NCBI RefSeq assembly: GCF_001194135.2 | Contig: NC_068987.1 | Coordinates: forward strand, 54,291,825-54,355,824 | Direction of reading: 5' to 3' | DNA: 64,000 bases | Source of the DNA: Octopus bimaculoides | Lineage: Eukaryota | Shown here: one piece after another, positions 36,700 to 49,961 of the stretch | How positions within the stretch are numbered: the stretch's first letter is position 1 | How the letters are laid out: each line of letters begins with the position of its first letter | Program-made: the position numbers and the translations under genes | The notes under the pieces: model-generated | What the model was told of the DNA's origin: nothing | The model's database searches: none | What the model saw: only the letters and a program-made list of their open reading frames with translations

Positions 36700-37940
36700 T
36701 CAGGTCATTAAGAATGAAATGTCTGATTTTCTTATGCACCTAGTTTGACAGTCAATAACTCTAATGTTTTGTCCTGACAATTCTTTGTTTTACCACATTC
36801 AAGAGTTACATCATCACTTTTCGAAATGTAATTCATGGTGTCTGATTATATTGTGAGTTTTCTCTTGTAAATCAATTTTTGTGAACCCATGCATAGATCA
36901 AAAATTTATGTTGTTTATGAATGAGTTCCGTCGTGGAACCAATGCATCCCAGACAGATGGAAGCATCAATGATGTGCTTGGTGAAGATATGGCGAATAAG
37001 CGCACTGTATGTCAAGAAGTTCCTATCTGGTGACTTTAGTTTTGAAAACCAGCCCTGTGGTAAACTTGAGACCAAGGTGGATAATGATGAGCTGGAAACT
37101 GTAGTGGAAGCAGATACATCTCAAACTACGTATGAGTTAGCAGCAAGGTTTGATGTTTCGATTCCAACTGTATTGGACCATCTGCAACAAATCAGCAAGG
37201 TAAAGAAGCTGGACAAGTGGGTACCACACAAAATGAACTGGCATCAAATGACACGTCGTCTTGAAACTTGCTGTTTTTTGTTGTCACGGCATAAAAGCGA
37301 ACTATTTTTGCATTGTACTGTTACGTGTGATGAAAAATAGGTTCTTTTCAACAATAGCAAGCATTCTGCATGGAGGTTCGATAGAGACGAAGTGCCAAGA
37401 CAATCCCAAAAAGAATATTCACCAAAAAAAGGCTAAAGGTGTCTGTTTGGTGGTCTAGCACTGTTGTCATCCACTACAGCTTCATGAGACCGGATAAGGC
37501 AATTACAGTGAATCAACCAACTGGATGAAATGATGAGTGAACTTGCAAACTGAGATTGGTCGAGACAGGCCAATTCTCTTGCAAGACAATGCTCGACCAC
37601 ATGGTGCACAAAGAATGCTACTCAAGTTACAGGAACTGAACTTGGAAGTATTTCATCATCTACCATATTCACCAAACCTTGCACCAACTGACTATCATGT
37701 TTTCCAGACATTAGACAACTTTTTGCAATGAAGAAACTTCAAATCTGAAGAAGATGCAAAAATAGCCTTTTGTAATTTCATTTCCTGTTTCTCTCCGGAT
37801 TTTTTGCTGCCAACATAAATAAGCTACCGATAAAATGGCAAAATTGTGTGCATACTTTGATTAACTGCATCGCTTTTTGTTGAGATAAAATAAAATAAAC
37901 TTTCAGTTCAGAATTGGACATTTCATTCTTAATGACATGA
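36700..37940 (+). mobile_element. full-length decayed mariner
   Basis: TIRs tcaggtcattaagaatgaaatgtc / gacatttcattcttaatgacatga with TA flanks. Motifs WVPHKM, VTCDEK, LQDNARPH, YSPNLAPTDYHVF; stops and frameshifts. Confidence 0.9.
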
Positions 37941-38030
37941 TATATATATAGCATTTAATTAAAACTGAAATTGAGTGTTTGCCTCATGATTCAAGTTTCA
38001 CACTGATCTTCAGACAAAACTACAGTGGAG

Positions 38031-38074
<44 letters not shown>

Positions 38075-38262
38075 GTATTTTTATTTTTCATTTTTGTACT
38101 CTAAATATATGTATAGAACAAAAGTAAAACTAATGAAGATGAAGTAAAAAAAACAAAATATAAACAGGGTATATTTGGTTGAAAACTGAGAGAAGTCTTT
38201 AGTGTTTTAAGCCTACAGTCTTCTACGAAAAGGACAAATGAGGAGAGAGAAAAAACAATAAT

Positions 38263-38479
38263 CCTCTAGCATTTAAGCCAGCCATATCCAGTTCAGATAT
38301 TCTACCTGTTTTATGTTCAAACCAGCCATATCCAGCCTGTCACACCTATCCTTCAAGGTCATTCTAAAATTTAGCAATCATATCATCAAAATCTCAAAGC
38401 TATGAGATAATGCATGATTAATTCAAAACTGTGATTAAATAAGCATAATATTTGATATAGTAATCTGAATGCTAAAGGG
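38263..38479. mobile_element. piggyBac-like MITE
   Basis: ends gaatgctaaaggg|ttaa; left end eroded. Confidence 0.6.
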
Positions 38480-38543
38480 TTAAAGTTTTAGTTATTGTAT
38501 ATACATACATTTTATACATATACTTATTTTGTTTCTCTTGTAG

Positions 38544-38662
38544 ATTTTCCTCCTGAAACGACGCTGCGTCAAAAGTACAGAGTACTTGGCAACAGTCTTA
38601 ATGTACACGTTGTGGCCGTCCTTATTAAACTTCTCAGCCAGGACTGTAACCTAATGTTATAA
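38544..38662 (+). CDS. TRDMT1: DNMT2 last coding exon (motif X GNS) with stop
   Basis: ttgtag|at ttt...; (D)FPPETTLRQKYRVLGNSLNVHVVAVLIKLLSQDCNLML*. Confidence 0.96.
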
Positions 38663-39024
38663 CGCAAGTGGTGCTCTCTCTCTCTCTCTCAACCAATCAC
38701 AGACAGACAGATATATATTTATTTTTATAAAATATACATATAATGTAAATTTGAATTATGAGACTGGCTCTGTTGAGTCAGATTATGTTGTGATTTTTGT
38801 AGAGCCATGTTTATTTTCATTTTCCAAAATTTTATTTTTGGCTTGCTATTTTGTAAAACCAGAAAGAGATATAGATATTTCTTCATTTTATTCTTTTATT
38901 ATCGTACTTCTTACTATCCAAGTCATACATGAAATTGTTTGCATCTGCTGCTGAATATTAGCAGTAAGGAAAGTGAATGAGAAAGGAAGGTAATAACAAA
39001 GCTTGGTTTTATGAACTGGTAAAA

Positions 39025-39056
39025 AATAAAAATAAAATAAAAAAAACATAAATAAA
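39025..39056 (+). promoter_or_regulatory. candidate polyadenylation signals of DNMT2
   Basis: Cluster of AATAAA ~365-395 nt after the stop codon; could also be just an A-rich tract. Confidence 0.3.
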
Positions 39057-39189
39057 TATATAAACATTTATAATATGCATTTCATTGTATTGTAGAATTC
39101 TTGTGTGTTTGTCTGTCTGCCTTCTCTCTCTCTCTCTCTCCCCCTCTGTCTCTGCATACACATATACATATATATATATATGTATATGT

Positions 39190-39455
39190 CATCATCATCA
39201 TCGTTTAATGTCTGTTTTCCATGCTGGCATGGGTTAAATGGTTTGACGGGAGCTGGAGAGCTGCCGAGGCTCCATGTCTGTTTTGGCATGGTTTCTACAG
39301 CTGGATGCCTTTCCTAACACCCACCACTGGCATTGGACACAACTACAATTTCACTTGGCTTGGCAGATCTTCTCAAGCATGGCATATTGTCAAAGGTTTC
39401 AGTCACTTGCCATTGCCTCCATGAGGCCCAGCATTCGAAGATCATGCTTCACCAT
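39190..39455 (-). mobile_element. family B RTE-tail copy
   Basis: (cat)n gtttaatgtctgttttccatgctggcatggg...gaggcccagcattcgaag. Confidence 0.7.
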
Positions 39456-39472
39456 ATATATTTTTATATATA

Positions 39473-39507
<35 letters not shown>

Positions 39508-40114
39508 CGTGAGNNNNNNNNNNNNNNNNNNNNNNNNNNNNNNNNNNNNNNNNNNNNNNNNNNNNNNNNNNNNNNNNNNNNNNNNNNNNNNNNNNNNNNN
39601 NNNNNNNNNNNNNNNNNNNNNNNNNNNNNNNNNNNNNNNNNNNNNNNNNNNNNNNNNNNNNNNNNNNNNNNNNNNNNNNNNNNNNNNNNNNNNNNNNNNN
39701 NNNNNNNNNNNNNNNNNNNNNNNNNNNNNNNNNNNNNNNNNNNNNNNNNNNNNNNNNNNNNNNNNNNNNNNNNNNNNNNNNNNNNNNNNNNNNNNNNNNN
39801 NNNNNNNNNNNNNNNNNNNNNNNNNNNNNNNNNNNNNNNNNNNNNNNNNNNNNNNNNNNNNNNNNNNNNNNNNNNNNNNNNNNNNNNNNNNNNNNNNNNN
39901 NNNNNNNNNNNNNNNNNNNNNNNNNNNNNNNNNNNNNNNNNNNNNNNNNNNNNNNNNNNNNNNNNNNNNNNNNNNNNNNNNNNNNNNNNNNNNNNNNNNN
40001 NNNNNNNNNNNNNNNNNNNNNNNNNNNNNNNNNNNNNNNNNNNNNNNNNNNNNNNNNNNNNACAGCCTTCCTGTCACCAAGCCCCGCCTGTTTGCAAGCA
40101 AGTTAATCTTTCCC

Positions 40115-40310
40115 CAAGGCGGTGAGCTAGCAAAAACATTAGCACGCCAGGCAAAATGCTTAGTGGTATTTCATCTGCCTTTACATTCTGAGTTAAAATT
40201 CTGCCATGGTCAACTTTGCCTTTCATCGTTTCGATGTCGATCTAACTGACTGGCCACCTCCCCCAAAATTTTGGGCCTTGTACCTAGAGTAGAAAAGAAT
40301 ATTTCCCCAT
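40115..40310 (+). mobile_element. SINE family C
   Basis: ggcggtgagctagcaaaaacattagcacgcc...agagtagaaaagaat. Confidence 0.75.
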
Positions 40311-40914
40311 GGCCAGACATGTTTTTCTCAAATGGCTGGAAATGAATAACATCACTTGCATGAGAGTGGTGCTCATTCACAACCATGGTATCTAGATATA
40401 AATACCTGCAAACAAACAAACACACACACACACACACACATACATACACATATAGTTATTAATGAAGGATTGTCAATCCAGACAAAATACTTTATAAGCA
40501 CTCTGTTAGTACACCAAGCTGGCAATATTGTTTAGATTAGTAAAGAACTCTGAATATTCTTGTGGCAGGGTCCAAGATTATAGTTCATCACCATTCTATA
40601 TTGTAAATCCATGGTTGTGTTCCAGTTATACTGGGGTTTTTTTTTTTATACAGAGTGATATACAAGACAAGGATTAAATAATGATCATTGCATATTTATT
40701 TATTGTAGCAAATTTATTTCCAGTAGTCATAGGTTCGTTATTGAACCGGAAATGACTTTGATAAAAGTAGCATTAATTTTCTACGCTTTTCAGTTTTTCT
40801 CAATCGATCAATGAGCTGATTAACTAAACCTATCAAGAACAAACCTATAATGACTACCGGAAACAGTTGTAAGTCAAATTCAGTTATAATAAAGAAATAT
40901 GCAATGACCATTAT

Positions 40915-41578
40915 TTATGCCTTGTCAAGCATCTTGAGAGAAAAGGTAGGCATAAGAGGCATCAGATGTGGTGTGCAAGAGAGATGACTGTGCAGGTATG
41001 GTAACTGTGGAGGAAGTCTGTGGTAGAGGTAGACCCAGGAAGACATGGGGCGAGGTGGTGAAGCATGATCTTCAAACTTTGAGCCTCACAGAGGCAATGA
41101 TTAGTCACCGAGACCTTTGGCAATGTGTTGTAGTTGAGAGAACCTTTCAAGCCAAGTGCACCCGTGCTGGTAGTGCGTAAAGTACACCTTTTGAGCATTG
41201 GGCCTCACAGAGGCAAAGTGGTTGAGTTCCTTTCAAGTGCTGGGCCTCACAAAAGCAATGACCAAGACCTTTGGCATTATGTTGTGCTTGAGAAGAAGAC
41301 CTGTCAAGCCGAGCAAAATTGCACTCAAGGCAGATATCGGTGTCGTGCAAATTGGCACATAAAAGCACCCTGGTGTCACACAAATGGCACTTATGCTGGT
41401 GATACATAAAAGCACCCATTACACTCTCAGAGTGGTTGGCATTAGGAAGAGCATCCAGCCATAGAAAACCATGCCAAATCAGACTGGATTCTGCTGCAGC
41501 CTTCCAGTGTACCAGCCCGGTCAAACTGTCCAACCCATGCCAGCATGGACAATGGACATTAAAGATGATGATGATGAT
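40915..41578 (+). mobile_element. RTE LINE 3' fragment (ORF C-terminus + 3' UTR + (GAT)n)
   Basis: GRGRPRKTWGEVVKHDLQTLSLTEAMISHRDLW continues into the family B tail, linking family B to an RTE LINE. Confidence 0.8.
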
Positions 41579-42559
41579 ATATATGTGTGTGTATGTACGT
41601 ATATATGAATGCATACATACATTCATATATTATGTGTGTGTGCATATACACATGCATCTCTATGTTTGTGTTTGTCTTACGGAATTCATATTTCACTCAT
41701 CTCCACACCAGTTTACTGGTTGTAAACAATAGCCTCACTGATAGGTTTTATTTGTTTCCAGTTCTCCAAGTAAACATACCTATTTGTTACTCAATAGACT
41801 AGGAGACAGGTTGTTCATTTTAGAAAGGGCATCCATTGTACTCGTTTCACCCACACAAGCATGGAAAAGGAGATATTAAAAATAATAATGAGGATGATAA
41901 TTAATATCATATTGGAATCAAAACTAGGTCACAGATTTTGTTGCACAGGAACTGGTTTTTTTAATCATTCAAGTGGGTTAATGATTCTTTGTTTTCTCTT
42001 GCTTCTTGTTTCTTCTGAGTCAGTGATAAGAAAAAAAGCAATTAAATTTCTAAAAAAAATAGAAATTATATATACTGATAAAAATAAGGAATTCATTAAA
42101 TACGATAGGATTCATGTTACCACACCTACTCATTGTGTAATTAAGATCTTTGGCCTAGTTTGATGTGGGATAGAATTTATTTTGTTTTGTTTGTATTTGC
42201 TTTTTGCGGGGTGGGTTTATTATTATTATTATTATTAATTGTGTTACTGCCAGAATGTAACTGAAACAGATGCTGCATGGAAAGAAATAGATATTAAGCC
42301 AATAATAATAATGCCATTAAAGATAAAGACATTGCTGATGGATGGTAGCTGGTGGAGGCAGCAGTTGCAGCATTGATAGTGAGGGTGAGGCTGATAGGGC
42401 AATGATTATGTCCATGATTGTCATGGCAGAGGTTTTTATGATGACAAACTTGAAAAGAAGTGGGATTTTGTTAACCCTTTTGATACTAATCTGCATGAGA
42501 CTATCTAATACTCTGTGGTAGAACCTTTTTGTTTTAAAGCTATTTGAAATAATAATGAT

Positions 42560-42985
42560 GAACTTATACAGTGCTCAGGTGCATTACAACTCATCAGAAA
42601 AAGTAACCAAAGCTGCATGAACAGTGCACAGAATATGCACAGGAAGTGAACAATGAAATAGTCTTGAAAAGGAAATGAGGGTCGGCGGCATCAGGTGTAC
42701 TGTTGGCAAATTTCAGGAAGCATGGAAGTTTTGAAGGATGTAGTGTCCCAACAACTAAGAACTGACGTAGGTAGTTTATTCCATGCTTCAGCAATTCTGA
42801 GCATGAAAAAATATTTTCAAAAGTCATGGGTGCTGTGTTATATTTTTTTGATTTTGTAAGCATGTCCACAAGTGTTAGACTTATGGAATTCAAAAAGGCG
42901 CCCAAGGTTGTTGTTGGAAAGACGGTGAATAATCTTGTGGTATATATCAAGTCAGTTGCCAGACATCGTTACAAACCTTCCATAG
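42560..42985 (-). mobile_element. CR1-clade LINE 3' fragment
   Basis: Minus frames TCGHAYKIKK and KYFFMLRIAEAWNKLPTSVLSC resemble CR1 TRGH..KL...FFS.RVV..WN.LP. Confidence 0.7.
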
Positions 42986-43064
42986 AAATTTCATATTAAT
43001 TGATGTTCCAGACAATAATCTAATCATAAAATTATTTTACAAAATTTTTGATTATTTTCTCCTT

Positions 43065-43272
43065 AGGGTGCTGAAAAGTTCCTGGTTTTAAGGGTATCAT
43101 AAAAGACTTACTTGGAGGCCCAACCTTCCAAGTTCTTTTACAGGGCTTAGAAAAACTGAGGGATGCTGCAATAAGTGTGTGATCTGAGAGGGGAATGTGT
43201 TGAATAAAATCATTATTAACTAATCCACCTGTATTTTGTTTTACCCAAAGCCAGGAACTTTACAGCCCCTCA
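43065..43272 (+). mobile_element. mariner-derived MITE
   Basis: Colinear with 3994-4210. Confidence 0.75.
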
Positions 43273-44429
43273 TACTTTATTTTATTTTCTCAGCTCTGAA
43301 TAGATCAAAATCAAACGCATCTTTTACAGGATTTAAACTCAAAATCTAAAGAGACTTAATTAAATGCTGCACTGACATTTTTGTCTGACACTCCACTGAT
43401 TGTCCTCAGGTCACTCTGAAATAAACAACACAACAATATTAAGAAACTTTAGAGTTTCTGTTAATGCTTTTGTTTGGTTAATCTGGCCAACAATTAATGG
43501 CAATCAACCCATGACCATCCCTTTTTTCTTACTTTATTTCCAAGACTACTTTATCCAAAGTGAAGGCATGTGGCCTAATTTTTAGGATTGCTAGACTGTG
43601 GGTTTGATTTGCAGACAAGACAGTGTGTTGTGTTCATGCACAAAGCACTTTATTTTATGTTGCTCCAGTCCCCTTTCGATCAAGGGGAAGTATTGGCTTG
43701 CTCGCCTAGCTAATGGGGTGGCATCATTTGATGGCAAAATCAATGCAAAGTGCATTGTGACTAGCGATATGTAACAGCGTCTGATAGTTTGGTCAATCAT
43801 ATCCAATCAATCCACTTTATCCAATGTAATCCTTTGTTTTTTTTTTTTCTAAGACATTAAAATTGCAACCATGAAGCAATTTGGTTACTATCTCTAACAG
43901 GTGCATGGCCTAATGATTACAGTTCTGATTGCTTTCTAATTCAAGTAGTGCATTGTATCCTTGAGCAAGACACTTCATTTTCCCATTGTTCTAATCCACT
44001 CAAATGAAAATGAGTACCAATAACGGCTGGAATTTAAATCTGCAACAACAGACTAACATCCCATCCAGAATGGTGAGATTGTCATGTACTCTCAATGTTA
44101 CTTCTAATTTTTTGCTCCAGATGTGCACAGAAATTTGCATACTTATGCAGGCATGGCTGTGTGGTAAGAAGCTTGCTTCCCAATCATGTGGCTTCCGGCT
44201 CGGTCCCACTTGAAGAGTTTTAGTCTAGCAAATCGAACTCAGTATGTTTTTTTGTTTTTCTTTAAGCCTGTTACTTATTTCGTCAGCCTCTTTTGCTAAA
44301 CCACCAAGTTATGGGAACATAAACAAACACTGGTTGTCTAACAGTGGGAGGTAGATATATGTGTGTGTGAAGTGAGAAGAATTATGAAAATACACACACA
44401 CATATATGACGTACATGTGTGTGTGTGTG

Positions 44430-44466
<37 letters not shown>

Positions 44467-44467
<1 letters not shown>

Positions 44468-46431
44468 TGTATTTTCCCTTATATTAATTTTCACTCCGAA
44501 ATGATGCACTAGGGCTTATTTTCAGGGGAGTTCATATATTTTTCATGTACCGGAAAACAACATTGCAAAATTACTAAATAAACAGAAATTATGAAAAATG
44601 ATTTATATTTACTTGACAATTTATTACGACAGAAATTTATTAAACAGAAATTACGAAGAACGATCAACATTTACTTGACAATTTACATGTTTTTTTTTTA
44701 CTCATAAAAACAATTTATTCAATAACAGTCATGTCATCATCTTCTGAAATGTCATTGTTCTGCAAATCACCAGATTCCAAAATTTCTGTGGAATTTTTGT
44801 GTGACTCCATTTCCTGCAGAATTTTCGTTCCCTATCTCTCATGTTGAGCAATAAAGGTCTCATTGAATGAGAAGTTCTTGTACAAGTAGCCTGCTTGTAG
44901 AGCATTGGCAACACAGCTGTCAGTAATTTTGTTCCATGAATTTATCACCCAAGTCATGATCTCTTGCAGGCTGGGTTTCACAAAATTCCCATGCTGATTT
45001 CTCACAATTCTGTTTTCAGTGTAGTCATTGATTTCCATGCATAACTGGTCCTGGAATTGTTTATTTATTGCAATGTCAAGAATCTGAAGATAGGCAGTCA
45101 TTCTTGTGGGAATCTATTCTTTCTGCAAGGAAGTTCTCCGTGTCTTTTGCATGCTGCATGCTGGCTGAAAACCAGACTATCAAACCTCTTTGACCTCCTC
45201 ACAAAATAAGTGGCAGCATGAAATCAATCCACTTCCCTAAAACTGCCTGTGTGCATGCCTTTTCAGTTTCCAGAACACAAATGCCTGAAATGCATTTAAT
45301 TTTATCCTTCCTACTTTTAGTGATGATTAGAGCTGGGGGCGTTACTTCCATTAATACGAATTGCCAAAATACATGTAACTTGTGCACTTTCATAACCAGA
45401 AGAGGAAATGTAGATTGATGACGCACCCCTTTGATCAATTGTTGATTGAAATTCTTGACTCATGAACACTGCAGTGACATCTGTAGCAATAATGTTGGAG
45501 AGACGGTATTTAGAAAAGTCTGTCCCATCAACAAAGGACTTAAATGCAACTGCACGTTTAATAGTCTCCATATCTTCCAGTTTGAACAGTGTTGTCGACC
45601 TTCTCAGAGAAAGGTCATGTCACTGAAGGAAACTATCCAGCCAGTGTTGTGATGCTTTGCATTCTTATGGAAATATATCAAACTGGTGCATTTGCAAGGA
45701 CAAATGCTTGAATATCAGTCTTGCGAACAACCAAAGCCTTTGCTCTCCTGTCAGCAACTTATTCACAGATGACATCTTCCAGCTCAGAAAATAGTGGTTG
45801 CTGACCTGATCCACACTTGCATTTCTTTGCATTTCCCTTGTCCACTTGTTGACTGAGTTTACTGTAGTCTACTCACCATTTTCAAACCATTCAGATCTAA
45901 ATTCCTTTTCTTTGCAGAAAACAATAAGATTCTTTCCCTGTGATTCCTCCACAATTCCTTTCTTGTACTCAATGGAATAACTCTTTCTTCTTGCATTCAT
46001 CTTGTACTGGGGTGAAAATGACATGACAAATGATTTGCCATTCAATTTCATCATATTTTCTGAGAGATTTTGCCCTGAAAGAAAATGTGTACTTTTTTGT
46101 TTTTTGCATCTACTGTCCAGTACTGACCACTGATGAAAATGTTACGTGACACATTTGAAGCTCCAAACATGGGCTGTTGATTAATGTATAGCTTGTTAAT
46201 ATTTGAGTTACAAAAGAAACACTAGGATAGATTTTGTGATGTCGCTATTTTAGCCGGCAAAAAGATATTTTGAACAGTGTATACACCGCAACAAAGCAGT
46301 TTCAATCAATATGAAGAGGCTACTTATTTCTTTTGTCTGTCTACTGCTCTCAATTAGGGCTTATTTTAAGGGAAGGTCTTATATTAAAATCATCCTGAAA
46401 AATAATACTAGGTCTTATTTTCTGAACACAC
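44467..46431 (-). mobile_element. decayed pogo-family transposon (Brinker-like HTH + DDE_1)
   Basis: Minus frames MNARRKSYSIEYKKGIVE, SNIIATDVTAVFM...TIDQRGASSIYISSSGYESAQVTCILAI, MTAYLQILDIAINKQF. Repeated sub-terminal tagg(g/t)cttatttt motif; ends approximate. Confidence 0.7.
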
Positions 46432-46682
46432 TATTCCTATGGAAGGTATAATTTGTAATCTTCAAAACATATGATGGAAATAAAAGTATTCAGTTAAAAT
46501 ATGCGTTTTACTCCATTTACTAAATTTATATTTACTCAAGTACCCAAAATTACATGGAGTTTCTACCTCATAAACAGGAGTTACACCACAGTCGTTTTGT
46601 GATCTTTGCTACCCTAGTATCTATTCACCAATTTATTTTGTCCGAGTTAATTATTAACTAGGAGAAAATAAATACATATAAT

Positions 46683-46751
<69 letters not shown>

Positions 46752-46754
46752 ATA

Positions 46755-47989
46755 TTGGATCATCTCATAAATAATGTGGTTATTTTCAATTGCATAAACT
46801 AAAAGTCGGAGGGGAACAGGATAAACTACCTGCATCAACTTGCTATAAAAGCAGGTAGTAATTTTACTTTGTCCTAATACTTAGTGCAAGTTTTGAAGAG
46901 TGCGGCTCAAATTTAACTGTTATTTTTTCGAAGCTATAATGGAAGTGACAAAGGAGCATATTCTGTTTTATGAGTTTGATAAAGGCAACAACGGAACAGA
47001 AAGTGCAAGGAATATTAATGCAGTATATGGGGATAAGACAATAAGCATAAGCTCGTGTCAACGGTGATTCTAGAAATTCCGAGCTGGAAACAACAGCCTA
47101 GAAAACGAACCTCATCCTGGAAGATCTCTAGAGCTCAATGAGGATGTCCTGCAAACCCTGGTGGAACAAAATCCCATCATAACTGTTGAGGAACTAGCAG
47201 AGAAGTTTGGATTTGGTCATTCAACCTTTCATTGACATCTGCATGCCATCAGAAAAGTCAGAAAATTGGGTCAATGGGTTCCTCACAAACTTTTTGAGTC
47301 TAACCACGTGCAGAGAGTGAATGTGTGCTCTTCTTTGCTGTCATGTCTCACAAAGTCACCTTTTTTGGACCAAACAGTGATTGGTAATGAGAAATGGGTT
47401 CTCTACAAAAATGTCTAGCACCAAAGACAGTGAGTAGGGAAAGGAGAAACACCAGCACACCAGGCTAAAGAAGGTCTTCACACACATAAGGTGTTGTTAT
47501 CTGTTTGGTGGGATATGAAAGGTTCAGTCCACTTTGAATTTTTAAACCTAAACCAAATTATAACAGGAGACCTACTGCGAGCAGCTTTGGAAGGAATATG
47601 ACTGTCTCTGGTTTCAAGACGAAAGGTGTTCTTCCATCAGGATAATACTCGGCCACATACAGCGAGGATGGAGCAGTTTGAATGGGAAACAATGCCCCGC
47701 CCATCATATACGCCTGGCATTGCGCCATCTGATTATTCCACAGTCTTCAAAATCATTTGGATGGAAAAAATATGAATTCTGTAGACGAGGTCAGAACAGT
47801 ACTGGAGGAGTATTTTTTATCACAGACAAGTAAATTTTGGAAGAGGAACCTTGCAAGTCTACCAGATAGATGGAAGAGCATTGCAGAAAATGAAGGCGAG
47901 TACATTTTAGATAAAAAAGGACTTTGTTTATCTTAATTTTGAAAAATAAAAGAAGCATAAAATAAAACATTATTTATGGGTTGACCCAA
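46755..47989 (+). mobile_element. full-length decayed mariner
   Basis: TIRs ttggatcatctcataaataatg / cattatttatgggttgacccaa with TA flanks. Motifs GQWVPHKL, GNEKWVLY, KVLLSVWWDMKG, HQDNTRPH, IAPSDY. Confidence 0.88.
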
Positions 47990-48359
47990 TATTTTCATAC
48001 ACACACATATCTGTAAACATACACAGATATACATTGGAACACAGATATACATTGGAAGTGAATACTTCATAAGAATATGCATGCATATATGTTTGAGATG
48101 AGTATGTATGTGTGAGAAGATGTGTTTATTTATAAACACATGCATATGTATATAAATTTGCATATAAATGATATTTATGTATGTGTGTATATATATGTAA
48201 GCATGAATTTAAATAGAAACGCAAAAATAAATTTCTATATATATATATATATGAATATGTATATAGATGTATATACACATGTATATGTAAAGATGTTTTT
48301 ATGTGTGTATATTATATATATGTGTGTGCATATTGTATATATATATCTTATATATGCAT

Positions 48360-48542
48360 ATTCTTTTATTTCAGTCATTTGACTGTGGCCATGCTGGAGC
48401 ACAAATTGCCCCCAGGACTTATTCTTTGTAAGCCTAGTACTTATCCTATTGGTCTCTTTTGCCAAACTTCTAAGCTACGGGGGCGTAAACACATCAACAT
48501 CTGTTGTCAAGCAATGGTGGGAGGACAAACACAGACACACAA

Positions 48543-48574
<32 letters not shown>

Positions 48575-48718
48575 AACAGGCTTCTTTCAGTTTCCATCTC
48601 CCAAATCCACTCACAACGCTTTGGTCAGCCCAAGGCTATAGTAGAAGACACTTGCCCAAGGGACTGAACCCAGAACCATGTGGTTGGTAAGCAAGCTACT
48701 TATCACACAGCCACTCCT
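48360..48718 (-). mobile_element. SINE family A with two internal deletions
   Basis: Reverse complement of the family A consensus. Confidence 0.8.
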
Positions 48719-49164
48719 TCACCATATGTATATGTATTTATAAATAAATCCATATACACACATACTTAAGTATACACATACATTCGTATTAGCATAATCA
48801 TTTCATAAATCTCGTCTCAACTCCCTCAACAAATTCCAAATGACTTCTTTCTCAGCAGTTCACATATACAACAAATGCAATTACTTGTGAGCTGTTTAAT
48901 ACACAAGCTTGCTAATCCGATTCAATCTTGACATAACACCAAACACTGCTGGTAGACTTTGCCTTGTACTATGAGAGAAACCTCCATGCAAGCTAGTAAA
49001 GGAAGACTTTACTCATTTGTTTGGTTTAGGTGTAAGCTTGGCTATGTAGTTAGGAGTTTGCTTCCCAACTGCATGGCTCCAGGTTCCATCCCACTGTACA
49101 ACACCCTAGGAAAGTGTCTTCTACTATAGTCCCAGGCCGACCAATGCCTTGTGGGTAGGTTTAA

Positions 49165-49386
49165 CCCTTTTGATACCAATCCAGCTGAAACCACCTCTGC
49201 CTCTGTAGTACAAATGTCTTGTTTTCAAAAGTTTTGAATTAAAATCTTCCACCAAACCTTAATCACAATTTATGTTCCTAACATGAACTTAATGATTACA
49301 AAGTTATTTTACAAAATTCTTTGTTATATTTGAAATTAAATGAAAGAAACACAGAGCATCTCAAGAGAAATAAGGTAACAAAAAGT
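49165..49386. mobile_element. piggyBac-like MITE, second family
   Basis: ttaa|cccttttgatacc...ggtaacaaaaagt|ttaa. Confidence 0.6.
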
Positions 49387-49519
49387 TTAAAAAGGTTAGG
49401 TTACCTTCACAAGTTAGGCCGACTCATAAGGGTCAATTTCCCAATTTCCATGGCATACAAATTCCTCACCTGGACATTACACCGGTCCATCATAGAAATC
49501 TCCATATACCCTTAATGTA

Positions 49520-49745
49520 ATTCTTAGAGAGATTTAGTGTGACAAGGCTGGCCCTTTGAAATATAGGCACAACAAACAGGAAGAAAGAGTGAGAGAAAGA
49601 GTACAGCAGGGTTTTCCACCATCCCCTGCTGGAGCTTTAGGCGCTTTCGCTCAATAAACACTCACAACGTCCAGTCTGGGAACTGAAACCGCGATCCTAT
49701 GACCATAAGTCTGCTACCCTAACCGCTGGCCATTGTGCCTCCACT
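49520..49745 (-). mobile_element. tRNA-head SINE (same head/body as 61218-61598)
   Basis: Reverse complement of ggaggcacaatgg...gtgagtgtttattgagcgaaa...tcaaagggccagccttgtcacact. Confidence 0.7.
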
Positions 49746-49907
49746 ATGTCTATATATATATTATACACAAAAACATATTTATATATACATAATAATATAT
49801 ACATAGTGATATTTATATGCAAATTTATTTTTATGCTTGTATTTAAATTCATATTTGCATTTATATATATGTATGTTTATATGCATACATATATACGTAT
49901 TCATATT

Positions 49908-49961
<54 letters not shown>

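Larger units (their letters stand above)
4848..38662 (+). other. TRDMT1: DNMT2/TRDMT1 gene span: 8 visible coding exons, first exon not in window
   Basis: join(4848-4957,9158-9306,17554-17665,21876-21983,22754-23121,24518-24575,25940-26096,38544-38662). All introns are GT-AG and phases are compatible (1,0,2,0,0,2,0,1). 1181 nt = 2 + 393 codons including TAA. Confidence 0.95.
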
